NCBI GenBank assembly: GCA_030141605.1
Contig: JAQGDQ010000309.1
Span: forward strand, 216,568-280,567
DNA: 64,000 bases
Origin: Tubiluchus corallicola
Lineage: Eukaryota; Animalia; Priapulida
Direction of reading: 5' to 3'
The position numbers were made by a program, and so were the translations under genes. The notes beneath the pieces are model-generated. The model was not told the origin of the DNA, did not search any database, and was given only the letters and a program-made list of their open reading frames with translations. Shown here one piece after another: positions 52,253-64,000 of the stretch. Within the stretch, counting starts at the first letter, position 1. The number at the start of each line of letters is the position of its first letter.

Positions 52253-55200
52253 GTTGCTAGTAGAGAGGAACGTTGTACGTTGCTAGTAGAGAGGAACGTT
52301 GTACGTTGCTAGTAGAGAAGAACGTTGTACGTTGCTAGTAGAGAAGAACGTTGTACGTTGCTAGTAGAGAGGAACGTTGTACGTTGCTAGTAGAGAAGAA
52401 CGTTGTACGTTGCTAGTAGAGAGGAACGTTGTACGTTGCTAATAGAGAGTAACGTTGTACGTTGCTAGTAGAGAAGAACGTTGTACGTTGCTAGTAGAGA
52501 GGAACGTTGTACGTTGCTAATAGAGAGTAACGTTGTACGTTGCTAGTAGAGAGTAACGTTGTACGTTGCTAGTAGAGAAGAACGTTGTACGTTGTTAGTA
52601 GAGAGGAACGTTGTACGTTGCTAGTAGAGAGGAACGTTGTACGTTGTTAGTAGAGAGGAACGTTGTACGTTGCTAGTAGAGAAGAACGTTGTACGTTGCT
52701 AGTAGAGAGGAACGTTGTACGTTGCTAATAGAGAGTAACGTTGTACGTTGCTAGTAGAGAGTAACGTTGTACGTTGCTAGTAGAGAAGAACGTTGTACGT
52801 TGCTAGTAGAGAGGAACGTTGTACGTTGCTAGTAGAGAGGAACGTTGTACGTTGCTAGTAGAGAGGAACGTTGTACGTTGCTAGTAGAGAGGAACGTTGT
52901 ACGTTGCTAGTAGAGAGGAACGTTGTACGTTGCTAGTAGAGAGTAACGTTGTACGTTGCTAGTAGAGAGGAACGTTGTATGTTGCTAGTAGAGAGGAACG
53001 TTGTACGTTGCTAGTAGAGAGGAACGTTGTACGTTGCTAGTAGAGAAGAACGTTGTACGTTGTTAGTAGAGAGGAACGTTGTACGTTGCTAGTAGAGAGG
53101 AACGTTGTACGTTGCTAGTAGAGAGGAACGTTGTACGTTGCTAGTAGAGAAGAACGTTGTACGTTGCTAGTAGAGAGGAACGTTGTACGTTGCTAGTAGA
53201 GAGGAACGTTGTACGTTGCTAGTAGAGAGGAACGTTGTACGTTGCTAGTAGAGAAGAACGTTGTACGTTGTTAGTAGAGAGGAACGTTGTACGTTGCTAG
53301 TAGAGAGGAACGTTGTACGTTGCTAGTAGAGAAGAACGTTGTACGTTGCTAGTAGAGAAGAACGTTGTACGTTGCTAGTAGAGAAGAACGTTGTACGTTG
53401 TTAGTAGAGAGGAACGTTGTACGTTGCTAGTAGAGAAGAACGTTGTACGTTGCTAGTAGAGAGGAACGTTGTACGTTGCTAGTAGAGAGGAACGTTGTAT
53501 GTTGCTAATAGAGAGTTACGCTGCTAGTAGAGAGGAACGTTGTACGTTGCTAGTAGAGAAGAACGTTGTACGTTGCTAGTAGAGAGGAACGTTGTACGTT
53601 GCTAGTAGAGAGGAACGTTGTACGTTGCTAGTAGAGAAGAACGTTGTACGTTGCTAGTAGAGAGGAACGTTGTACGTTGCTAGTAGAGAGGAACGTTGTA
53701 CGTTGCTAATAGAGAGGAACGTTGTACGTTGCTAGTAGAGAGGAACGTTGTACGTTGCTAGTAGAGAAGAACGTTGTGCGTTGCTAGTAGAGAAGAACGT
53801 TGTACGTTGTTAGTAGAGAGGAACGTTGTACGTTGCTAGTAGAGAGGAACGTTGTACGTTGCTAGTAGAGAAGAACGTTGTACGTTGCTAGTAGAGAGGA
53901 ACGTTGTACGTTGCTAATAGAGAGTAACGTTGTACGTTGCTAGTAGAGAAGAACGTTGTACGTTGCTAGTAGAGAGGAACGTTGTACGTTGCTAATAGAG
54001 AGTAACGTTGTACGTTGCTAGTAGAGAGTAACGTTGTACGTTGCTAGTAGAGAAGAACGTTGTACGTTGCTAGTAGAGAAGAACGTTGTACGTTGTTAGT
54101 AGAGAGGAACGTTGTACGTTGCTAGTAGAGAAGAACGTTGTACGTTGTTAGTAGAGAGGAACGTTGTACGTTGCTAGTAGAGAGGAACGTTGTATGTTGC
54201 TAATAGAGAGTTACGCTGCTAGTAGAGAGGAACGTTGTACGTTGCTAGTAGAGAAGAACGTTGTACGTTGCTAGTAGAGAGGAACGTTGTACGTTGCTAG
54301 TAGAGAGGAACGTTGTACGTTGCTAGTAGAGAGGAACGTTGTACGTTGCTAGTAGAGAGGAACGTTGTACGTTGCTAGTAGAGAAGAACGTTGTACGTTG
54401 CTAGTAGAGAGGAACGTTGTACGTTGCTAGTAGAGAGGAACGTTGTATGTTGCTAATAGAGAGTTACGCTGCTAGTAGAGAGGAACGTTGTACGTTGCTA
54501 GTAGAGAGGAACGTTGTACGTTGCTAGTAGAGAAGAACGTTGTACGTTGCTAGTAGAGAGGAACGTTGTACGTTGCTAGTAGAGAGGAACGTTGTACGTT
54601 GCTAGTAGAGAGAGAACGTTGTACGTTGCTAGTAGAGAAGAACGTTGTACGTTGCTAGTAGAGAAGAACGTTGTACGTTGCTAGTAGAGAAGAACGTTGT
54701 ACGTTGCTAGTAGAGAGGAACGTTGTACGTTGCTAGTAGAGAAGAACGTTGTACGTTGCTAGTAGAGAGGAACGTTGTACGTTGCTAGTAGAGAGAGAAC
54801 GTTGTACGTTGCTAGTAGAGAGGAACGTTGTACGTTGCTAGTAGAGAGTAACGTTGTACGTTGCTAGTAGAGAAGAACGTTGTACGTTGCTAGTAGAGAG
54901 GAACGTTGTACGTTGCTAGTAGAGAGGAACGTTGTACGTTGCTAGTAGAGAGGAACGTTGTACGTTGCTAGTAGAGAGGAACGTTGTACGTTGCTAGTAG
55001 AGAGAGTAACGTTGTACGTTGCTAGTAGAGAGGAACGTTGTACGTTGCTACTAGAGAAGAACGTTGTACGTTGCTAGTAGAGAAGAACGTTGTACGTTGC
55101 TAGTAGAGAGGAACGTTGTACGTTGCTAGTAGAGAAGAACGTTGTACGTTGCTAGTAGAGAAGAACGTTGTACGTTGCTAGTAGAGAGGAACGTTGTACG

Positions 55201-55665
55201 TTGCTAGTAGAGAGAGTAACGTTGTAGGTTGCTAGTAGAGAGGAACGTTGTACGTTGCTAGTAAAGAGTAACGTTGTACGTTGCTAGTGGAGAAGAACGT
55301 TGTACGTTGCTAGTAGAGAGGAACGTTGTACGTTGCTAGTAGAGAGGAACGTTGTACATTGCTGGTGGAGAAGAACGTTGTACGTTGCTAGTAGAGAGGA
55401 ACGTTGTACGTTGCTAGTAGAGAGAGTAACGTTGTAGGTTGCTAGTAGAGAGGAACGTTGTACGTTGCTAGTAAAGAGTAACGTTGTACGTTGCTAGTGG
55501 AGAAGAACGTTGTACGTTGCTAGTAGAGAGAGTAACGTTGTAGGTTGCTACTAGAGAAGAACGTTGTACGTTGCTAGTAGAGAGGAACGTTGTACGTTGC
55601 TAGTAGAGAAGAACGTTGTACGTTGCTAGTAGAGAGGAACGTTGTACGTTGCTAGTAGAGAAGAA
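52253..55665. repeat. 26-bp satellite (gttgctagtagagaggaacgttgtac), about 130 copies
   Basis: Directly visible; variants gagg/gaag/gagt. Confidence 0.98.
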
Positions 55666-56236
55666 ATTCATCACATTTGACCTGCTACAGGAATACATTG
55701 GTTCATCTAAGCGTTTTAACTATCTTATTTAACAACTGGAATAGTTGTGTACATATTGTGATTTGTTTTTCCTGTTAAACTGCACTCCTGTAAATTTTAC
55801 GGCATGAGGCAGCTTGATGGGAATTTCTTTGCCGTTTGCCAAAGGCAATTATTTCAAATAAATATTCATAAAAAGAACGAAATCACAAGATGAGGCTGTT
55901 GCGTGAGTAATATTTCCCGGGCTCTAGACTAAGTTTAAAAAGTAGCGTGCAAGAACGGGTACAAATATTTGCTTTATTAGCTTTAGATTTATTTGTGATA
56001 AGGCGGCGTGCAGAGCAAAGGCGTATCTCTGAACATATAATGAAGTTCACAACAACTTATTTGCTTTCGCTTGTATATAAGCAGGTGAGTAGTATAGGTG
56101 GCATATTTTATATTACATGCAGCAATTACTGCTAACATAGGAGTCAATTCTGTACAGTAGTCGTAATATCGCCTACAGTTTACCGTTAATTTCGTGCTAA
56201 TTGCTTAAAACTAAGTGCCAGTTAGAATGTAGGAGA

Positions 56237-58023
56237 GTTTGGTACAAGTAAGTTTGGTACAGGTAAGTTTGATACAGGTAATTTAATACGAGGAAATTTT
56301 GATACCAGGAAAATTTGGTGTTAGGAATTTTTGGTACAGGTAAACTTGATATTATCATCTTAAGGTACAAGGAATATTTGGTAGTAGGAAACGGTGGTAC
56401 GGGGAATATCTGGCACGAGGAAAATATGGTACCGGGAACATTTAGTACTAAGAAATATTGGTATAAGGAAGTTTTCGTACTAGGAAAATAGGGTACAAGG
56501 AAAATTTGGTATTAAGAAAGTTTGGTACTGGAAACTAGGTACTAAACGAAAAAAAGAGCATTTCTACATCTCAGTACAAAATAATTGTTTCAACTAGAAA
56601 ATAAAAGTTTTTTCAGTAGGGAGGAAATATGGTACTAGGAAAGTCTGGTTTATTAAAAAATTCATAAAACTCATAAAACTTTATACTATAATTTTAGTGC
56701 TTGACGGCTAAAATTTCATCTATGATTATCCCATCCATGTTGGTACATTTGCGAATTTTTTCAGCAAAAAATGAAAGGTCTCCAACTCACCATGCAAATT
56801 TTTCAAAAAACTTTCTTTGTTTTTTTTTTACAAAAATTATCAAACTGAGATAACAAAATGGCAGTGATGGCTAATGAGATCACTGGACACAAATGTCCTG
56901 CAAAAGCATGGTTTGGTTTCCCCGACCCTCACAGTATGGAGTGAGAACTGTACTGCTTGATGATGATGGTAATGACGATGGTGATGGTGATGAAGATGAT
57001 GACAATGGTGTAATGACGAGGATAATAATGATGACGAAAATACCGACAATGATGATTATGATGTGGTGATGACGATGGTGATGGTGATGAAGATGATGAC
57101 AATGGTGTAATAATGAGGATAATAATGATGACGAAAATGATGATTATGATGTGGTGGTGATGGTGGTAACATTGATTCAGATAAGTTCCTAATTAGTGGA
57201 AAATCCTGACAAAGCAAAAACCTTTTCGAGGACTGGAAATAACAATTCTATAACTGCATAACAGAGATTATTGTTACTAGCTCAACTTACCTTAAATATC
57301 ACGCGTCAGAGCAGATGCCATTTTCTGCTACGGAAACGAATCCTCGGTCTCCCATACGGAAAGCAGACGTATATACTTTCCATTACACTATGCCGTCTAG
57401 TCTTTTATGGGACATAGCAATTTTGTACATACCGAGTTTGTAAGTTCGCAACCCACTCCATTTATTAGAAATAATAATTTTTGTAGCATCTTTGATATTA
57501 AAGAGAATTTTGGTTTATATTTACCAGTACCACATTTTCTCTTTACCAAATTTTGCCATTACCAAAATTACCGTGTACCAAAAATTCCTGGTACCAAATT
57601 TTGCCGGTATCAAAATTTCCTCTTACTACAGTTATCAGGACCAAACTTACCTGTACCAAACTTACTAGTACCAAACTCACTAGTACCAAACTTACCTGTA
57701 CCAAACTTACCTGTGCCAAACTTACCTGTACCAAACTTACCTGTACCAAACTTACTAGTACCAAACTTACTAGTACCAAACTTACTAGTACCAAACTTAC
57801 CTGTACCAAACTTACTAGTACCAAACTCACTAGTACCAAACTTACCTGTACCAAACTTACCTGTGCCAAACTTACCTGTACCAAACTTACCTGTACCAAA
57901 CTTACCTGTACCAAACTTACTAGTACCAAACTTACTAGTACCAAACTTACCTGTACCAAACTTACCAGTACCAAACTTACTAGTACCAAACTTACCTGTA
58001 CCAAACTTACTAGTACCAAACTT
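56237..58023. mobile_element. Foldback-like element with modular 15-bp GGTAC/GTACC arms; right arm expanded into a clean array (57641-58023)
   Basis: Left arm aagtttggtacaggt units decaying inward; right arm accaaacttacctgt/tagt about 25 copies. Confidence 0.65.
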
Positions 58024-59593
58024 ATGCGCATCGCCAGTTATGAACACAGTTATGTGAATAGTATCATATTTTGTATAAGTTGTACTATTCAGGTTTTCGC
58101 GCATTATATGCAGGCTTTAAATGCGGATAGACTCTATTTGAGTATAACACCATTTCAAAATAATATTGAGCTCAAATGGCACAAATGGTACAAAAATCCT
58201 TTCGTGCTTTTCTCCATTACGATCGTCAAAAATTTTTAAATTATTTAGATACCAGATAAAAAACAGGAACGTGAAAAAAACTACAACTAGAAAAGTTATA
58301 GCTACAACTAAGTACCAAAACAGTCGATTATGACTTCGTTATGACTGCTATATATCTTTGTATGATGAAGCTTTCGTCTTCTTAACCTTTAACGATTAAC
58401 CGTTCATTTTCACTTTGAATCACCTGTGAAAAATTTGTTTAGAGCTCTCTTCTCTCAACGCACTAATTGATCAATGGCGCCAAGGTTAGGCTAAGTTTTC
58501 TTAACTCGCTTGCTGTTTAAATTAAGTGGAACGTTAATTTATTTGGAATGTTGACAACGTTTAAAAAATAATGCATTGTCAGAAAAGTTCTCTTGTTCTT
58601 GAATCCCGAACAAACGTGATCAAATGAGAAAAATGTTCCTATTTCTCGGAGTTGTTTCAAGCTGGATCTAAATAACTATGGAAGTTTTTGCTGAATCAAT
58701 CAAATCGGTTTATTTATGATATTGTAGCAATGATAAGGTTGAAATAACAACAACAAAATAATTACATATAATACTGCCATACCGCATAGAGCGTAAGAAC
58801 AAATATAAATGTTTCGAATTATACTAATTGAAGAATTGTTCCTTTAATCACAAAAATATAACTGCAAATAATATACCGTTCTAAATGTTAAACATCTGCT
58901 TGACACTGCATGGAGTTCTTATTGTTAAATGTGCTAAAAATTGCCTCCTGGCAAACAGCAATACGGGTGCTCTTCATATGCTGAAATCTTCGAGATCCTC
59001 TAGGATCCAGCAAGATTCAGCGTCCTCTCAAAGGCACTTTAGCTGGTCGACGATCACAATCAATTTACATTTTCGATACCCAAGTAATTCAACCGCTTCT
59101 CGCGTTTAAAATTTCAGACGATGGCTGACAGTTGGAGAGGTTTGCTGGTGGCATTGTCAGTGATTTTTCTGGCTACCATAGTAGTGGTACTGCCCTTAGC
59201 GTTACTCAGTACAAGATCTTCCCCATTGCCTTTCGTTATCACTACTTGGGAATATCCAAACGCAACCCAAATAGGTAGGTAAGCCATTTATTCGTACACT
59301 TGATATTAATATTATCTCACTTTTAGTGCAGATGGTGTTGATTCAGGTAACTGTTCGTTCTAGCAGTTCAAAAATTTTCTGCCCGGCGCTTCGCAGATCC
59401 CCCCCCCCGAGGAGGCCTGACACACCTCACTTCCCCGGGCCTCGCTTAGGCTGAAATAGGCCCTGGTCACGTGACATTTATTTGGGATTCTGTCAACTCA
59501 GTATTCACAATAGCAGCCCTGGTATAAACTGATGCGCCAGTATCTTTCTTTGTTACTGTTGTTAGTGTTTGAACTTTTGCGCTAGTTTTTGTT
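57641..59593. repeat. Left arm of an inverted duplication including AGA exon 1 and upstream region
   Basis: Reverse complement of ~62110-64000 (matching ORFs 58885-59109 and 62596-62820). Confidence 0.95.
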
Positions 59594-61967
59594 GCTGTTG
59601 GCCATTTTATTGGCCATTCTCATCCTCCAACCTTTAACCCTTTCAGTCCCAAATTATTTTTTTATAAGAAAAAATTTTTTGGCTTAGTACTTTTGTTCAG
59701 TATGTCCATCTTGTTTTCACACAATAATAATTATTTTTTCTACCTGTGCCCGCGTGCTAAATATAGCCTGTATCCCACGGGATACATTGGGATTCAACGG
59801 AAGCATAAAATGAGCTTCATTTTGCAACTGCTGATAATTTTTTAAAGTATTTAAGACATTTAGTATGCATGCTATGCTGATCTGTACAAAGTCGTGTCTA
59901 AAGTACTGTACCTTGCGCAGTTTTTTATGCTATGTAGATTTTCTAGTTTGCCATTTTATCACCATTTTTAGTCTATTGTTATTGGCTTAAATCAAAATAA
60001 CTATTAACAGATCAAACAACTGTGAGTTTTAAAATTTTATTAATTTTAAAAGGCAAAAAATATTCTCGTATCCCACGGGATGCAACGGGTATGAAAGGGT
60101 TAACAAACGTTTTTAAAGAACAAGACTGTTTGCAAGAATAATTTTTGTTTACATGCTACAATTGACACCACCTTTTATTAACACGAACTTAATTTATCGA
60201 TAATCGTAAGCTGGTGTACAAGAAAAAATCCACAAAACAGCAATTTAAGTGGTTTCTGGCGACCTTAGGGTTTTTCAATTTAAAACAGGGGTGTGCAAAT
60301 TATCTGACTAGCCGGGCCACATTAAACTTTCCCGCAATTCCTGTGGGCCACAGGCTGTTTGATCAAGGAGCCAAGTACAGAAAGGCCTGATAATGATTTT
60401 TTTGCATCCGACCTGCGTACATCATTACTACTACACTCGAGAAACTATTTTAGAACTTATTAAAATTTATATTACACAGCATATATTTCTACTTTCAGGA
60501 CAGATAGTGGTAATTTCAATACAATGCATATTAGTAATGTGTATCACACAGTCTGTGTAGTACAGTGACATTAAGTGACAACGGTCTTGTAAGGGTTAAT
60601 GGCATCCGATCTAGTAGAAAAAACTACCCGCACTATCTTTTGGATCGTGGCACGGACGTCTGCTGCATACACTCAATTAATCACCCGGGCCGCACTTTCA
60701 CTAGGTTCACAAATCTCTTAGCGGGCCGCAAGTGGCATAAAATGGCAAACTAGAAAATCTACATAGTATAAAAAACTGCGCAAGGTACAGTACTTTAGAG
60801 GCCGCAATTTGCACACCCCTGATTTAAAAAGTTAGCACTTGTTAGATTCTAGATCAATAGGTCAATGATTGCGTGGATACTACAGAAAAAACGTTTCATA
60901 AGCCCTAGCTTGGACTACCACCAGGAATTTTTCAGCCTATATTTTATCAGAAGAGATCAGTCACGCATGTTTAGCTTCAACAAAGCTAAATTTACAATCT
61001 TTGTAGTTCACATTGAAAAACAAAATGAAAAGGGTTAAAGAATGTCGTTGTTCTCCTCCTTGCTTCTTCTCATTATTGACCCCAGTTTGTTCTATAATAA
61101 TTTCAACTTATTAAGCCTTTTCACAGTTTCGCTGTGCGCATGCGCAGTTGCTATAGGTCAAAGGTTAACTGTATCACAGCAACGCGTTTTAAGTACAACC
61201 GTCACGTGACATATGGGTAATCGGTGTGTAGAGTGATTTACTAGCAGGATCTTGCTTGGAGACAAGAAAAAATGAACTAAGTAAGGTTCTAGCTAGCTGT
61301 TAAAACTGTTACTGTCACAACAGCATGCACTGCACGGCGTTGTCAAGTGTATACAAAACTGTTGTTTGGTACACTTAACCTTTGACCTTTTAACGATCAT
61401 CATCAATCGTGGAACCATGAAAAAGTTTATTTATGAAATTTTTGCAGCGTGGGATGTAGTAGATGATGGTGGAAGTGCTGTGGATGCTTTAGAAGCAGGT
61501 TGTAACTTTTGCGAATTAAATCCAGGCGACTGTCGATATTCCGTAGGATATGGAAGCAAACCAGATGAAGATGGAGAGGTTACTCTTGATGCAATGATAA
61601 TGGATGGGTATGAACAACGGCCACCAACACACATTTTGCTGCAATTTTTTATAACAAGATGCTATTAAACTAGTTCTGATGCCTGAGACTATCATCTCAC
61701 ATTAGCAATTCTAACAATGGAGCAATCTTGCTAAGGTTGAAAGGAAAGAAGTGTAAGATAGGCGTAGTCTTTAGTTATGCTTATTTATAAAACGTATAAT
61801 TACATTATATTATAATAAATATGTATAGAGTTTAAGCTAAAATTTCATGTACAGGGCCACTCATGACGTGGGAGCAGTAGGATGTCTTCGCAGGATTAAA
61901 AGGGCAATTTCTGTCGCACGATATGTTATGGATTACACCAAACATACACTGCTAGTAGGAGAATTGG
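59121..61967 (+). CDS. AGA: Aspartylglucosaminidase (glycosylasparaginase), exons 59121-59274, 61448-61607, 61855-61967; incomplete at the 3' end
   Basis: Signal peptide + [11 protein letters not shown]; AW....[33 protein letters not shown]; DVGAVG.LRRIK.AI.VAR.V...T.HTLLVGE; GT-AG sites and phases fit. Confidence 0.93.
59638..60099 (-). mobile_element. piggyBac-like MITE, copy 3 (AGA intron 1)
   Basis: TTAA|CCCTTTCA...TGAAAGGG|TTAA; reverse complement of 33585-34040. Confidence 0.88.
60286..60821 (+). mobile_element. Non-autonomous hAT element, internally deleted copy
   Basis: TIR CAGGGGTGTGCAAATT / AATTTGCACACCCCTG with 8-bp TSD ATTTAAAA. Confidence 0.9.
61111..61430. mobile_element. MITE family A copy ending just before the AGA exon 2 acceptor
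   Basis: Same ends and inverted motif as 1698-2078. Confidence 0.65.
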
Positions 61968-62002
61968 GTAAGATGGCTAATTCATTGTACTACAAACAAA
62001 GT

Positions 62003-62003
<1 letters not shown>

Positions 62004-62068
<65 letters not shown>
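62004..62068. repeat. (GA)n microsatellite
   Basis: Directly visible. Confidence 0.95.
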
Positions 62069-62072
<4 letters not shown>

Positions 62073-62109
62073 ACTTCCATGAAGCAACAAATCATTACAT
62101 AGAAGTGAC

Positions 62110-64000
62110 AACAAAAACTAGCGCAAAAGTTCAAACACTAACAACAGTAACAAAGAAAGATACTGGCGCATCAGTTTATACCAGGGCTGCTATTGTGAAT
62201 ACTGAGTTGACAGAATCCCAAATAAATGTCACGTGACCAGGGCCTATTTCAGCCTAAGCGAGGCCCGGGGAAGTGAGGTGTGTCAGGCCTCCTCGGGGGG
62301 GGGGGAATCTGCGAAGCGCCGGGCAGAAAATTTTTGAACTGCTAGAACGAACAGTTACCTGAATCAACACCATCTGCACTAAAAGTGAGATAATATTAAT
62401 ATCAAGTGTACGAATAAATGGCTTACCTACCTATTTGGGTTGCGTTTGGATATTCCCAAGTAGTGATAACGAAAGGCAATGGGGAAGATCTTGTACTGAG
62501 TAACGCTAAGGGCAGTACCACTACTATGGTAGCCAGAAAAATCACTGACAATGCCACCAGCAAACCTCTCCAACTGTCAGCCATCGTCTGAAATTTTAAA
62601 CGCGAGAAGCGGTTGAATTACTTGGGTATCGAAAATGTAAATTGATTGTGATCGTCGACCAGCTAAAGTGCCTTTGAGAGGACGCTGAATCTTGCTGGAT
62701 CCTAGAGGATCTCGAAGATTTCAGCATATGAAGAGCACCCGTATTGCCGTTTGCCAGGAGGCAATTCTTAACACATTTAACAATAAGAACTCCATGCAGT
62801 GTCAAGCAGATGTTTAACATTTAGAACGGTATATTATTTGCAGTTATACTTTTGTGATTAAAGGAACAATTCTGAAATTAGTATAATTCGAAACATTTAT
62901 ATTTGTACTTACGCTGTATTGGTATGGCAGTATTATATGTAATTATTTTGTTGTTGTTATTTCAGTCTGATCATTGCTGCAATATCATAAATAAACCACT
63001 TTGATTGATTCAGCAAAAACTTCCATAGTTATTTATGATCCTGCTTGAAACAACTCCGAGAAATAGGAACATTTTTCTCATTTGATCACGTTTGTTCGGG
63101 ATTCAAGAACAAGAGAACTTTTCTGACAATGCATTGTTTTTTAAACGTTGTCAACATTCCAAATAAATTAACGTTCCACTTAATTTAAACAGCAAGCGAG
63201 TTAAGAAAACTTAGCCTAACCTTGGCGCCATTGATCAATTAGTGCGTTGAGAGAAGAGAGCTCTAAACAAATTTTTCACAGGTGATTCAAAGTGAAAATG
63301 AACGGTTAATCGTTAAAGGTTAAGAAGACGAAAGCTTCATCATACAAAGATATATAGCAGTCATAACGAAGTCATAACTGACTGTTTTGGTACTTAGTTG
63401 TAGCTATAACTTTTCTAGTTGTAGTTTTTTTCACGTTCCTGTTTTTTATCTGGTATCTAAATAATTTAAAAAATTTTGACGATCGTAATGGAGAAAAGTA
63501 CGAAAGGATTTTTGTACCATTTGTGCCATTTGAGCTCAATATTATTTTGAAATGGTGTTATACTCAAATAGAGTCTATCCGCATTTAAAGCCTGCATATA
63601 ATGCGCGAAAACCTCAATAGTACAACTTATACAAAATATGATACTATTCACATAACTGTGTTCATAACTGGCGATGCGCATAAGTTTGGTACTAGTAAGT
63701 TTGGTACAGGTAAGTTTGGTACTAGTAAGTTTGGTACAGGTAAGTTTGGTACAGGTAAGTTTGGTACTAGTAAGTTTGGTACTAGTAAGTTTGGTACAGG
63801 TAAGTTTGGTACAGGTAAGTTTGGTACAGGTAAGTTTGGCACAGGTAAGTTTGGTACAGGTAAGTTTGGTACTAGTAAGTTTGGTACAGGTAAGTTTGGT
63901 ACAGGTAAGTTTGGTACTAGTAAGTTTGGTACTAGTAAGTTTGGTACTAGTAAGTTTGGTACAGGTAAGTTTGGTACAGGTAAGTTTGGCACAGGTAAGT
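62110..64000. repeat. Right arm of the AGA inverted duplication (runs off the window)
   Basis: Reverse complement of 57641-59593, including the 15-bp array at 63681-64000. Confidence 0.95.
62431..62584 (-). pseudogene. AGA: Inverted duplicate of AGA exon 1 with intact ATG and splice donor
   Basis: Reverse complement of 59121-59274; no following AGA exon found on the minus strand. Confidence 0.85.

Noticed and set aside
52253-55665. CRISPR-like array
   Set aside because: Head-to-tail repeats with no unique spacers, no cas genes, eukaryotic context
57407-58239. Pentapeptide-repeat ORFs (VPNLP / TKLTC / KFGTG)
   Set aside because: Translations of a stop-free 15-bp tandem repeat open in several frames

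Overview
AT-rich, intron-containing animal (probably invertebrate) genomic DNA, dense in microsatellites, satellites and non-autonomous transposons; most ORFs in the supplied track are repeat artefacts. Real genes read from the sequence are: the last two exons of a GPI-anchored M19 membrane dipeptidase (+, 20.8-22.4 kb), a complete 7-exon arfaptin (+, 32.7-45.2 kb), and the first three exons of aspartylglucosaminidase (+, 59.1-62.0 kb), whose exon 1 and upstream region are duplicated in inverted orientation just downstream. The most notable items are: (1) an intronless, frameshifted ankyrin-repeat + cGAS-like (Mab-21/cGLR) nucleotidyltransferase gene truncated by a LINE remnant; (2) a 5S rRNA-headed SINE with target-site duplication; (3) two kb-scale inverted duplications of similar geometry, one with a templated junction insert; (4) a microsatellite-derived ORF with a signal-peptide + Ala/Thr-repeat layout; (5) a 3.4 kb 26-bp satellite. 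All calls were made by eye, with no database searches.
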